Source: Octopus bimaculoides (Eukaryota). From it: a stretch of DNA of 64,000 bases. The DNA lies in assembly GCF_001194135.2 (NCBI RefSeq), contig NC_068995.1:33145489-33209488 (forward strand), written 5' to 3'. The translations under genes and the position numbers were made by a program. Within the stretch, counting starts at the first letter, position 1, and every line of letters begins with the position of its first letter. This document shows, one piece after another, positions 26,090-38,829 of this stretch. The notes beneath the pieces were generated by a model. It saw nothing but the letters and a program-made list of their open reading frames with translations, did no database searches and was not told where the DNA came from.

Positions 26090-26300
26090 CAGAACATATT
26101 CTCTTAAATTTTATTGAAGCAGTTTCCATCTAATTTTGTATTGATCCACTCTAAAATATAGGCAATTTCTCCTTGAGTTTTGAGATGATGATATCTAAAG
26201 TGCGTTTATTGTTGGTGCCCAAGTCAGTGTTTGAAGGATTTAGTTGTCTTATCAGTGGATGATCATTGAAGTTAGGCTTATGATCTTTAAGGTTAAATTA
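26090..26300 (-). mobile_element. Penelope-like element RT fragment
   Basis: LKDHKPNFNDHPLIRQLNPSNTDLG…TLDII (cf. Penelope TLKDHKPNF..NP.CRLINP..S.IG). Confidence 0.7.
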
Positions 26301-26394
26301 GGGGTTCTGTGAATCTGCATACTAACATTATTAAGTGCTATATGATAGTATTATTGATATGTATTTGACATGGAATTTGAGAAAAATGGTAATA

Positions 26395-27600
26395 CAGGAT
26401 GTCCCAAAATTAAGGCAGCAACCAACTTTTTTCAATTTTGCCAAAGTAAGATATTGTTACATTTCGGGTTCAAGCATTGCAAGGCAATGGTAAAGGAAAC
26501 ACAATTATGACACTACTACATATACTCTACCACATTTGTTTCAAATTACAGCCTTAAGTCTAGGTGCAAATGTTTCACATGTGGCATGCAGCTGTTCTTA
26601 CAGAATTAAAGCCCATTCCAAGTGCAGTTTTGCCTTCAGAGCATCAAGCAAAGCATGAGAAATGCTCAAGACCCTTGACTCCAAAACTGACCAAACAGAA
26701 AAATCTGACGATTTGAGATCAAGGCTTCCTGAGTGCCATACACCCTTGCCTATGAACGATGAAATGTTTTGTGTCGGTTTGGAGCTGTGGGATGGTACCA
26801 AGTTTTGTTGGAGGCTCCAAGGTGCACCTTGAAAGTGCTCATTCGCCCATGAAAGCATTCAGCTTCCAGAATGTCATTAATGTATCGCTGGATGTTAATT
26901 TTAACACCCAAGGGCACAAAAACAAGGGGAGACCTTCCAGTGGCTGTCACAGCTGCCCAAACCATAACTAACTGTGGATTTTGACGTCAATTTACAAGTC
27001 TACCATCAATGGAGCCAGATACACTTCAAAGTCAGTCATTCTGGTAGTTTACTGTCTGTTCAATGTCAAATTTCTTTTCATTAGTGAACACCGAGTTTGG
27101 CAGCGTGTCTTCAGCAATCTGACATAGGATAGGGTGACTTCTCTCCAGTCTCATGGCCTTATAAACTTGTGTGAGCTCATGACAGCGGATCACCTTGTAG
27201 GAGTGAGTCCTGAGATCCTCCTTCAGAACTTGATACATTGATGTTCAGCTTACTTTTGCTGTGGCAGCCAGTTTTTGCCATATCCTTTTTTTCTGGTACT
27301 TCTTTTTCAGCCACATCCAGGTCGATTATCAGTGGAACCAGTCTCTTGAAATTTCTTGAATATTTTCCAGACTGGTGTTAAGTTAATTTTAAGCTTTTTT
27401 TGTTATAGCTGTATTGTGGAGGTTTGATTGTATTTCAGTCTATAGCCATTATCTAATTCTTAAATCTGAATTAAGTTAGTCTGAAACAAAAAGAAGACAC
27501 ACTAAGCTTTTATAATGATGTATAATTTTCATATCTTATTGCTTTTATCGATAGTTATTAAAGCCTGAAACTTCAGTTGCCTTAATTTTAGGACACTCTG
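26395..27600 (-). mobile_element. Full-span, decayed Tc1/mariner (maT/DD37D-like) element, 1206 bp
   Basis: TA|CAGGATGTCCCAAAATTAAGGCAGC … GTTGCCTTAATTTTAGGACACTCTG|TA. Transposase pieces MVWAAVTATGRSPLVFVP.GVKIN…, SLQQN.VPSH…DFSVWSVLESRV. Confidence 0.85.
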
Positions 27601-28363
27601 TATATTTGTTTTTTGAACTCTTAGAAATTTTTGACTTATTCAACTGAATGAATTATCTTGTTGCTGAATTTTAATAAATTGATTTTTGTCTTTTTTCACT
27701 GCTGTCTGGAACTTATAGGAATGTCTTCAGAAATTAAATAGATGCTCTGCAAAAAGTTGAAGAAAGATACTTGAGAAAGGACATTTTACATAGTTTTACA
27801 TAGTTTTGTTAGTGCATGAAAGTGTTTAACAACTTTGCTGTTATCCCTAATCTAGTGGTCTGGCTAATCTATAATACAAGACATTCCAGCCAATGATCCC
27901 ATGTTGTTGTTTATTTCCCAGATCAGCTCTTATATAGTGAAAGACATCATAGCTTTTACCATCTCTCTCTTTTTTTCTTTTCCTTGAGACATAATGTAAC
28001 AAGGGCTACAGCATCCAATATGTCCTTCTTATTGTAAAATTATATGGTGTGATTCTGGAGAGATTTTATTGATATTTCTAGCAGATAAAACATGCTAAAT
28101 AAATGTTGAAAAGAGATTAGTTAATTCTAGAGTGTTTCTTATCATGGTGGGAGATTGTTTGATGACCTTTCATATTCACTCGTGATGGCCAACAGCAACC
28201 TTCCTACCATCTGTCTAGGATCCATCATGAGGTCAAAATCTTACAGCTAACAGATTTTAATTCTTGAGCCAAGCACGAACACCCACTGTAACCAACTCTC
28301 TTAGGAGAATGAACAGCAATGGTTTCCTCCTACTACTTCTCTACTTATGAATTAGACCCTCAC

Positions 28364-28427
28364 CATTACTAACACCACAAACTGGCAGCAAGAAGAGTAG
28401 AAAACCTGGAAAGTAGTACTTCATAAA
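28364..28427 (-). CDS. Candidate exon encoding a signal-peptide-like MKYYFPGFLLFLLPVCGVSN(G)
   Basis: Acceptor cttaacAG, ATG at 28424-28422, 61 coding nt, donor G|GTGAGG (phase 1). Confidence 0.4.
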
Positions 28428-28971
28428 CTGTTAAGTTGTGTGAAATATGAATGACAGAAATATGAGAAACACAAGTTCATGTGCCAGATCCCCTGCCAAA
28501 GAGAAATCTGCAAGTTGTTTCTTTCAGGACTGAAATATCAGTGTGTAGCAAGACTCTTGCATACAGGCTGTATTTGCCAAGAATTATTAGAAGAGTCTAC
28601 CTTAGAATAAAATTGGTAACAATTCTGAATATATTTTCAGAAGATTATTGGAGAACAATTATTTGTGTACTCTTCAGAGTCTTTTGTTCAACTAAGTTAC
28701 CAAGGTTGGTTTGAAATGTTAATGACTTTTCCATACAGGATGTGCTCCAGGTTGTGTACAGCTCTGACAGAAACTGGTTCAAAGGATAGTAGAGAGCTGC
28801 AAAAAATACCATACAAAATTATGAATGCAAAATGAAGAATTTCAGATAATGAGAAAAAGTTCATAAGTTTCAGGAATATCTTAAGAAAATAGAATGTGTG
28901 TATTTACGCACACACACACACACACACACACGGACACACACACACGGACACACTCACACACACACACACGG

Positions 28972-29002
<31 letters not shown>

Positions 29003-29166
29003 TATATTTATGTATTTACTATTGCTGGATGGACAAATAAAGTATTTCGTGCCTTTACATGAAATTTGTGATTGGCTTGGAATGAATTGCCCCTATTTAT
29101 ATGTATTTCAATTACTCTAGCAATGAACAATTTGGTTACTGAACAGAGCTCCAGACTCTCTCTCTC

Positions 29167-29225
<59 letters not shown>

Positions 29226-29226
29226 G

Positions 29227-29269
<43 letters not shown>

Positions 29270-29514
29270 NNNNNNNNNNGTGTGTGTGTGTGTGTGTGTC
29301 TCTTTGTGTCTGTATTTGTTTCCCCCACCATTGCTTGACAACCAATGCTGATGTGTTTACATCCATGTAGCTTAGCAGTTCAGCTAAGAGACCAATTGAA
29401 TAAAGTAGTAGGCTTACAAAGAATAAGACCCAGGGTTGATTTCTTCAACTAAGAAACCCGTTAAGTGCTCCGGCATGGATGCAGTCAAATTACTGAAGCA
29501 AGCAAAAGAATAAG

Positions 29515-30275
29515 GGACAGCATAGCTGCTAGAATAAGAATCGGCTAGACTAAGTTCAAAGAGCTTTTACATTTGTTGTTCCCTCCGACTGAAAGATTGT
29601 ATGATGCCTGTGTACAAACAGCCATGCTATATGACAGTGAAACATGGGCTGTGACTACTGAAGACATGTAAAGTCTTGAAAGAAACTAAGCCAACGTGCT
29701 CTGCTGGATGTGCAATGTCAATGTGCCTGTGCAACCAAGTGTAAATGTTTTAAGAGAAAAATTGGGTATAAGAGGCATTAGATGTAGTCTGCAAGAGAGT
29801 AGACTGTGCTGGTGTGGTCATATGATGCACATGGACGATGGCAGCTGTGTAAAGAAGTGCTGATCTCTAACTGTGGAGGAAACCTGTGGAAGGGGTTGAC
29901 CCAGGAAGATGTGGAATGAGGTGGTGAAACATGATCTTCAGTTAGTGAGCATCACAGAGGCAATGACAAGTGACCATGACTTCTTGTGATTTGTTGTGTT
30001 TGAGAAGACATATCAGTCCAAGTGAACTGTAGTCATTGCCAGTGCCAGTGATGTGTAAAAGGCACCCATGCTGCTGACACATAAATGGCATCTGCACTGG
30101 TGACAGGTAAAACACACCTAGTACACTCTGTAAAGCGTTAGGAAGGGCATACAGTCGTAGAAACCAAGCCAAAACTAGAGCCTGGTGTAGGTCTCTAGCT
30201 CACCAGTCCCAAACAAATTGTCTAACCCATGCCAGCATGGAAAACAGATGTAAAACAATGATGGTGGTGATGGTT
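29515..30275 (+). mobile_element. RTE LINE 3' fragment
   Basis: Homologous to 12600-13675, with stops. Confidence 0.85.
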
Positions 30276-32040
30276 GTCAGCTTGTTAATAGAGTATGACT
30301 TTTCCCAACATGAGCACAACCATATATANNNNNNNNNNNNNNNNNNNNNNNNNNNNNNNNNNNNNNNNNNNNNNNNNNNNNNNNNNNNNNNNNNNNNNNN
30401 NNNNNNNNNNNNNNNNNNNNNNNNNNNNNNNNNNNNNNNNNNNNNNNNNNNNNNNNNNNNNNNNNNNNNNNNNNNNNNNNNNNNNNNNNNNNNNNNNNNN
30501 NNNNNNNNNNNCAAACAGAATGAAATGTTTAAAAAAGGATAAATAATTAAAATAAATAAATAAATAAATATTTACCAATAGCAATTAATAAATAAGCAAC
30601 AGCTGTATACAAATTTAATTCAGAACTATCGATTAGAAAATTTTATAATGTCAAATATTTACAGTTCAGAAAATTACTGCATAGCAGTCTTTTCTCTCTC
30701 CCTCTCTCTCCCTCTCTCTCCCCCTCTCTGAGATAGTCTATATGTTATGTGACTGGAAATGACTATTTCGTCTTGCAAGAGATTTACAAACTTTTCAACA
30801 GATGACATGAAAACATTTGACTTAGTAGTGAAGGCTGTTACAAAGTGATATTGTGACATTTCATCTGTCTAATCTATGCAGATTTCTTCCTGCAGGTCTT
30901 ATTACAAACAGAGCTAGATAGTTCAGCTGACTGTAACTGTGAATAATCTATAGGAGCCTAAAAAAGCGCTTTTGCTTATGACTGACTAGTCCAGCTTGAG
31001 AGAGACAAATACAGTTGCAGGCATCACAAGTAAGAAGAGAAGGATCATTGGCCACAAGCAAACCCTTTGTTGCCTCTCTTTTTATCACTGCATGTTTCTG
31101 CTTGTTATCTTCAAACAAGGCAGTACCTTCTCGGATTTTACTCCATTTTGATCAGTTCATTGCATCCCTCTCTCAGTTTACATGCATCATTCCAAAGTTC
31201 ATTAGTGCCCTACTTGTTGATTCCTTGAAATACACTTTAGGTTTGCACTCTTTGATTCTTTTATTTGACCATAGAACACTTACTTGTGTGTGTGTGTGTC
31301 TGTGTCTGTCTGTATGTATGTATGTATGTATGTGTGTGTATGTGTGTGTATGTGTGTATGTGCATGCGCATGCATGTGAAGGTGCATGGCTTAGTGGTTA
31401 AGGTATTCGGCTCACGGTCATAAGGTCAAGAGTTCAATTCCTGGCAATGCATTGTGTCTTTGAGCAAGACACTTTATTTCATGTTGTTCCAGTCCACTCA
31501 GCTGGCAAAAATGAGTAGTACCTGTGTTTCAAATGGCCAGCCTTGCCACATTCTGTGTCACGCTGAATCTTTCTAAGAACTACATTAAGGATACACTTGT
31601 GTGTGGAGTGCTCTGTCACTTTCATGTTAATTTCACGAGCAGGCTGTTCCATTGATTGGATCAATTGGAACTCTTGTCATCGTAACCGACAGAGTGCCAT
31701 CCCCCTGCATTTTGTTCTTATTTTTCCTCCTCTCTCTCTTCAGCTTTTAAATCTCTGGCACGACTATATGAACTACTTTCACCAATTTTCTCTTAATGAG
31801 GGGAGTCAGACTTATGGCAATGTCTTCATGTGACTGGTTACATACCAAAGACTTTTTACACATTTCATCTGCAAATTATGAACATTACAATTATTACAGA
31901 ACTCCAAGTGTCTTGAAACAGCTGTCAAGTTAAGAAATTATATATTACTGTTCTTAGTATTCTGTATTTTTTATACTCTATGTAAATATATTTGTGTGTG
32001 TGTATGTGTGTTTATCTTTCTGAATATATGTATCTATGTG

Positions 32041-32089
<49 letters not shown>

Positions 32090-32402
32090 ATGTATATATG
32101 TGTTTATCTTTCTGAATATATGTTGATATATGTGTCTGTGTAAGGTGGCGAGCTGGCAGAGACGTTAGCATGCCGGGCAAAATGCTTAGCGGGCTGCTCA
32201 AGGCTCCATTCTCTGTTCTGGCATGGTCTCTGTGGCTGAATGTCTTTCTTAATGCCAGCCACTCTACAGAGTGTACTGGGTGCTTTTTATGTGGCACCAG
32301 CATTGCTATCAATTCTGCTGTGGTGGACAGGTCTTTCTGAGTATAGCAAGGTCCCAGACATCTCAGTCTTTTGTCAGCAAAGCACCAAATATTTCAGTCT
32401 TT

Positions 32403-32462
<60 letters not shown>

Positions 32463-32789
32463 NNNNNNNNNNNNNNNNNNNNNNNNNNNNNNNNNNNNNN
32501 NNNNNNNNNNNNNNNNNNNNNNNNNNNNNNNNNNNNNNNNNNNNNNNNNNNNNNNNNNNNNNNNNNNNNNNNNNNNNNNNNNNNNNNNNNNNNNNNNNNN
32601 NNNNNNNNNNNNNNNNNNNNNNNNNNNNNNNNNNNNNNNNNNNNNNNNNNNNNNNNNNNNNNNNNNNNNNNNNNNNNNNNNNNNNNNNNNNNNNNNNNNN
32701 NNNNNNNNNNNNNNNNNNNNNNNNNNNNNNNNNNGACATTAATGAAAATCTGTAAATGTACAAACATCCAGATTTCTGAGTACCTTGAT

Positions 32790-32840
<51 letters not shown>

Positions 32841-32955
32841 TTACTTGGAAATGAATGCATGGCGTTCGATCATATAATAATATAAATAATATATATATAT
32901 GCGTATATACATACATGCATACATGTACATACCTACATATATAGGTATATACACA

Positions 32956-33289
32956 TGCATATATGGGTACAGGACGTCAAAAAAACGTGAACAACATGAA
33001 AATCAAAAAAATGGAAAATGAACTTTTTTCGAACAACAAAAGAGACAAATAGAAAAACGAGACAGGCAACATAAAGAACAGTTGTCCACTGTTTTATCCA
33101 CTCCGCATTTCGAGAGTAGATAAAATAGTGGACAACTGATGAAGGGATTGTTCTTTATGTTGTCTGTCTCATTTTTCTATTTGTTTCTTTCGTTGTTCGG
33201 AAAAAAGCTCGTTTTCCATGTTTTTATTTTTCATGTTCTCGTTTTTCATGTTGTTCACGTTTTCTTGACGTCCTTTACCCATATATGCA
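32956..33289. repeat. Fold-back (palindromic) element of about 334 bp
   Basis: tgcatatatgggtacaggacgtcaaaaaaacgtgaacaacatg… mirrors …catgttgttcacgttttcttgacgtcctttacccatatatgca. Inner arms gttgtccactgttttatc / gataaaatagtggacaac; CTGATGAAGG at 33136-33145. Confidence 0.9.
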
Positions 33290-34005
33290 GTACGACGTGT
33301 TGTACTGCTTGGAATTCGCATCAAAATCTCCAATATGAACATTTCTGAGTGTTTGGGTGTCAGTCTGAGGACGTTGCATGTACTGAAAGTGATAAAAATC
33401 AAACATCCAGTCAACATCATGGTGTTTGGAATGACCACTAGTGATGGTGATGTTAAGCCTCCTTTCATCTTCCCAGCCTCAGACTCAACACGGAGGCCTA
33501 CATCAAGTGTCTGGAGGAGTTAGTGCTGCCCTGGGTCAAGGGGGTGGCTGCTGGAAGACCCTATGTCTGGCAACAGGACTCTGCATCATGCCACACAAGC
33601 AGGAGAACCCAGTCATGGCTGTCAAACAATTTCTGCAACTACATCACCCCTAACAACTGGCCACCTAACTCCCCAAACTGCAACCCCCTTGATTATTATG
33701 TGTGGGGTACAGTTGAGCGAAGGACCAGCACAACTCCTTGTAATACCAAAGATGAACTGAAGGCAAGGATTATGGCAGCATTCACCAACTTAAACAATGA
33801 AACCATCCAGAAGAATTGCAGGAGATTCCGAAGTCCTCTGGAGGTTGTGGTTGAAGCCAATGGTGATTTTATTGAACAAATTTACTCTTTAGTATTTCAA
33901 GGTATTTTTGTGTAATTTTGGTAAATATAGCTGTTAAAATGAGATGTTGATGTTATTTTCATTTTTGCTAAATTTAGACGACAATTTATTCACTGCATCA
34001 TTTAT
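33290..34005 (+). mobile_element. Internally deleted DD37D (maT) mariner-like transposase relic
   Basis: KHPVNIMVFG…YVWQQDSASCHTSRRTQ…WPPNSPNCNPLDYYVWG; 37 residues lie between the QQD and PLD aspartates. Confidence 0.85.
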
Positions 34006-34965
34006 ATATTCAGTAATGTAACTACGCATGTGCTGTTGGTGATTTCTTTTCCTTATTTGGACTTTTCCCTTTCTCTTTTCCAACAAAGGGCTATTCTCAA
34101 CATGTCAAAAGCTCTCTCTTTTTACTGAGGGTCAAACTAATACATTCCTTGTTCACATCCTCTTGTTGTTTGTTAATGTTAATCTTACTGGTCATTCGTT
34201 TGATTTTACTACATATATATATATATANNNNNNNNNNNNNNNNNNNNNNNNNNNNNNNNNNNNNNNNNNNNNNNNNNNNNNNNNNNNNNNNNNNNNNNNN
34301 NNNNNNNNNNNNNNNNNNNNNNNNNNNNNNNNNNNNNNNNNNNNNNNNNNNNNNNNNNNNNNNNNNNNNNNNNNNNNNNNNNNNNNNNNNNNNNNNNNNN
34401 NNNNNNNNNNNNNNNNNNNNNNNNNNNNNNNNNNNNNNNNNNNNNNNNNNNNNNNNNNNNNNNNNNNNNNNNNNNNNNNNNNNNNNNNNNNNNNNNNNNN
34501 NNNNNNNNNNNNNNNNNNNNNNNNNNNNNNNNNNNNNNNNNNNNNNNNNNNNNNNNNNNNNNNNNNNNNNNNNNNNNNNNNNNNNNNTATATATACATGT
34601 TTATATATGTATATACATGTTCATATATGTATATATGTGTGTGTGTGTGTATATATATATATACATATACACATATATATACACACACACACACATATAT
34701 ATAGACACACACCTATATACAATGGGCTTCTTTTGGTTTCTGGCCAACAAATCTACTCACAAGGCTTTGGTTAACCGAAAATACTTGCCCAAGGTGCCAC
34801 ACCATGGGAGTGAACCTGAAACCATGTGGTTGGGAAAAAAGCGTCTTACCACACAGCCATGCCTGTGCTCATATATGTATATAAAAGGTCATTCATTTTA
34901 TATTTTGTAAACGTCTTTATGTTAAGAAATATCCAACTTGAAGCAAGTTCAGCCTCTTCCACAAA

Positions 34966-35010
<45 letters not shown>

Positions 35011-35539
35011 CTGGTAATCCTATCCCAGAAAATGTCGGTGCAAGAATCCAATTTCCTATTGTTTGCAATAAAACTTTAAAGAATGCACAAAAAAATATAT
35101 CAAACTCAAAAGAGATCCAACTTCAGTATTACATAAAGCAGATTTAGGTTGTAATGATTGCATTCCTATTTTAGAAAAAACATTGGTGAGAGAATCAATA
35201 TCTCTTATATCCTAGAATAGCATCATAAATAAATGAATATGCATCAACACATAACTATGGCACTTAACTACAATGCATGTATATATATATATATATATAT
35301 AATTTCAAGACTTTACTAGATAATCAGAAATTCTATCTAATTTACAGAAATACATAAAATATTTTATCAATTTTTGTGAATAATAATGATGATGATGATG
35401 ATGATTTCAAAATTTAGCACAGTCCAGCAGTTTTAAGGGTGGGGGTAAATCGTTCAACTGGTACTAATTTTATTGGCCCCGTATTGATGAAGTCTACCTC
35501 AGCAGAATTTGAATGCATTGACAGTGAAAGAAGAAACTT

Positions 35540-36020
35540 GACTGAATATTTGGTAAACAACAAACAAGATCAGCTGTAGGACACGGCTTTTGCAGAAAGA
35601 TTTACCAACAATGAGACTGGGAGTTCTAATGAATTTTACTCCTGAATAGCCAACAACAGAGAAGAAACACTACTCCACATGGAATTACACAGCCAGTTCC
35701 ACTGCAAAACTAACAACATAAAAGACCAGGAAGCATCATGGATGTTGCTCAGCAAAAGGTGGTGACCTTAAAAAGAACCCTAGAAGCCCGGTCATCACTA
35801 CCCAGGATCAGGCATTGAAACCAACTCAATGAAAAGTGATGTATACCATATAAGTGCAACAAACCTCTGCAATATGTGTGGGAAGAAGGTCAAAAGTGTA
35901 TGTCACATCATTAGCACTTGTGAAAGTCTTGCACAGAAAAAGCCCAAGCGCAGACAAGACAAGGTAGCTCTGAACCTTTACTGGCTACTATGCTGGAAGT
36001 ACGGATATGAGGTAATGGAA
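35540..36020 (+). mobile_element. R4/Dong-type LINE fragments
   Basis: CNMCGKKVKSVCHIISTCESLAQKKPKRRQDKVA (degenerate CCHC plus RHD-like motif). Confidence 0.65.
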
Positions 36021-36026
36021 GTTTAG

Positions 36027-36203
36027 ATTCGCAGGAATAAAATTTTTTGCATCCCCAAATATATTTGGAAATAATAAACTCAACTCAACCAATGCAAGTA
36101 ATATTACAAGAAACCCTAACATATCCTTATAACTATGATAATGATGAAAAGGAATTTTATCTAAATCTCTATTTAATCGTATTGGATTATTTGAACCTCT
36201 GGA
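36027..36203 (-). pseudogene. cytb: NUMT: mitochondrial cytochrome b fragment
   Basis: GSNNP…[16 protein letters not shown]…[14 protein letters not shown]. With the invertebrate mitochondrial code (AGA=Ser, ATA=Met) it reads LNSDLDKIPF. Confidence 0.92.
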
Positions 36204-36240
36204 AAACACACACATACACACACACACTTATTATTATCAT

Positions 36241-36383
36241 TATTATTCAGGTCACTGCCTGGAATCGAACTAGGAATCTTGGGGTTAGTAGCCCGCGCTC
36301 TTAACCACTACGCCAAATACCCACAGGCATATGGCGTAGGTTAAGAGCGCGGGCTCCTAACTCCAGGCAGTGACCTGAATAAT
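36241..36383. repeat. Head-to-head palindrome of two tRNA-like SINE heads
   Basis: The left arm, read on the minus strand, is TGGCGTAGTGGTTAAGAGCGCGGGCTACTAACCCCAAGATTCCTAGTTCGATTCCAGGCAGTGACCTGAAT (A and B boxes). The right arm is the same sequence on plus, lacking about 20 nt that include the B box. Confidence 0.9.
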
Positions 36384-36402
36384 GATGATGATGATGATGA
36401 TG

Positions 36403-36445
<43 letters not shown>

Positions 36446-36525
36446 CAATAACAACAACAACAACAACAACAACAACATTGAAAAATACCTTTGGAATGAG
36501 AACCCAGGTTCGAATTTTCCCCCAA

Positions 36526-36568
36526 GACACCTGATGAAGGCTGGAGAGTATATCAGCCGAAACGTGTT
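36526..36568 (+). ncRNA. Hammerhead-like motif lacking a valid cleavage triplet
   Basis: GACAC-CTGATGA-A-GGCTG(gagagtatat)CAGCC-GAAAC-GTGTT. Stems I and II pair, but there is no NUH between GAAAC and stem I. Confidence 0.65.
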
Positions 36569-36659
36569 AACAACAAACAAGATGAGGACAAATATCCGTC
36601 AATTGTAAATAATGTAAATAATGAACAATAACAATAATAATGATAATAATAATACAAAT

Positions 36660-37535
36660 ACCTAGGGGTACTTGAAGGGAATGGAATCAGGCATTCAGTG
36701 ATGAGGGAAAAGATCAGAAGAGAATGTTATAGCAGGGTGAGAGCAATACTTAAGACAGAGCTGAATGCAAGAAACAGGATCGAAGCAATCAATGCTTTAG
36801 CCATACCAGTCATGACTTACAGTTTCAATATCATTCACTGGTCAATTACTGAAATATGTAATCTTTCAATATGATATCTGGCCTATTTGCATTTATCTTT
36901 CTGTCAGTTTGAATGGTGAAGTTCCAGAGGAGTGAGATATGATCATTTTCAAGCACTGGAGGTGGTTTGTGTTCCTACCAGTTTTTATCATGGGGCAAGT
37001 CCAGGTTTTTGCAAATTACCCAGTGAATATATTGTGCAGCTCTATCATGCTTGTTGAGATACTCTGTAGGCACAAGAATACTGCACATGGAGACAACATG
37101 ATCGATAGTTTCATTTTGTTGTTGACATACACGGCATGTTGGGAAGCTGCCGTTCTTTAATATGTTTGCCTGGTAGTTCCTTATAGGTAGGCATTGATCT
37201 TGGGCTGCTATGATAAACCCTTTTGTCTCAGATTTTAAGCCAGAAGCCATTAGCCATTGATGGGTAAGGGCTTTGTCAACATCGGCATTATTTGCTCTCT
37301 TTGGGTATTTGCCATTAAGAGGTTTTTCTTGCCATTTATCAGTTGGAATATCTAAGGCAGCAGTTTTAGTACAGGTTTTCAAGCGCTTAGCTTTTTCTGC
37401 ACTTGTTTCTAGTATGTCTAATTCTGGAATTTGTTGTATTTGGAATTCACTTAGATATTTCTTTGCCCGTTTTATTACTGAGTATGAAGCTTTCTTGTTT
37501 TCATGTTTTGAGACAAATTTTAACATTTCCCTGCA
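36660..37535. mobile_element. Rearranged R4/Dong LINE: RT piece on plus (36660-36870) and C-terminal piece on minus (36870-37535)
   Basis: Plus: LGVLEGNGIRH…AINALAIPVMTYSF. Minus: WQEKPLNGKY…AAQDQCL…CRVCQQQNETIDHVVSMC…KHDRAAQYIHW. Confidence 0.8.
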
Positions 37536-37733
37536 CTAAGTACTTCTCTCAATCCTTCTTCAAAACATCACCCTTCTGGAATCTTCTCCCTACTCGTGTC
37601 TTTCCTGCAAATGTTGATCTACAGCAGTTTAAAGAGAACATTAACATCAACTTCATCAATTTCCGAGGCCCTGCAAAAAAAAAAAAACTCACACATAAAT
37701 ACACATATACAATTGTATGTGTATGTGTGTGTG

Positions 37734-37774
<41 letters not shown>

Positions 37775-38771
37775 CTATATGCACAGTTAAACATGTAAAT
37801 ATAGTGTAAACAACATAATTTGTATGTACATAAGTTGGTTTTAAATTTTGGCACAAGGCTATCGAGTTCAGGAGAAGTGGGTAAGTCAATTACTTTGATC
37901 CCAGTGTTCAAATGGCACTTATTTTATCGACCATAAAAGAATGAAAGACAAAGTTGGCCTTGGTGGAATTTGAACTCAGAATGTAAAAGCATATGAAATA
38001 CTGCTATGCATTTTGTCTGGCATACTAATGATTCTGCCTGCTCGCTGCCTTATATATGCACATATATTAAAATAAATCCTTTTCATTTTAACTTGATTTT
38101 CTATGTGGTGGGGTTGGATGAGTCCTCATGTTCTGAGTGAGTTCTTATTGTAGTTATTGCCCTCCAAGTTGGTCAGGAGACCACATCTCAATTGAATGTT
38201 TTAGTTTGGCAGAGTTTCTGCTGTTATGTACTCTTCCTGACACAAACCCCTCTACAGAGTAAATTGGGTGTATTTTATTATGGCACCAGCACCAAAGAGG
38301 TTGTCATGTCAATAAGGCAACAAAAGCAGTCTATCACTTATGTTATCTCCACTTGTTCATCAACCACAGAGTGTGCTGGATGCATCTTCTCATAGCACCA
38401 GAATTTGTGAAGTTACTGTGTACCCTGCTCTATGTCATTCCGCTCTGTTCATTCAAAGCAAAGTGACTAATAGGAGAGAAGATGAACCAGGTTGAAAGAG
38501 GTGAGATTATGTCAATATGGAACAGACTAAGAGAGTCGTAGTTAGCAGCACAGGAATTTGAAATGGAGAATGTTTTGGATCCAGTGTGGTTCCTCATTTC
38601 TCAGGTATCCTGAGAGGAGAGAGAGAAACACAAATGGCAAAACATGTTTGCTGGCAAGAAAGAGAGAGAGAGATTGGGGGGAGGAGAATAGAGTGTGTCA
38701 GATTCCATGCAATCCCTCTTTATTCAGGTATCATGATTGGAAAAAGACTAATAGCAGCTATATGTTTACTA

Positions 38772-38829
<58 letters not shown>

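Noticed and set aside
36241-36315. Functional tRNA gene (ACT anticodon-like loop)
   Set aside because: No credible acceptor stem, it is part of a palindrome, and it ends in a simple-repeat tail; SINE-like rather than a tRNA gene.
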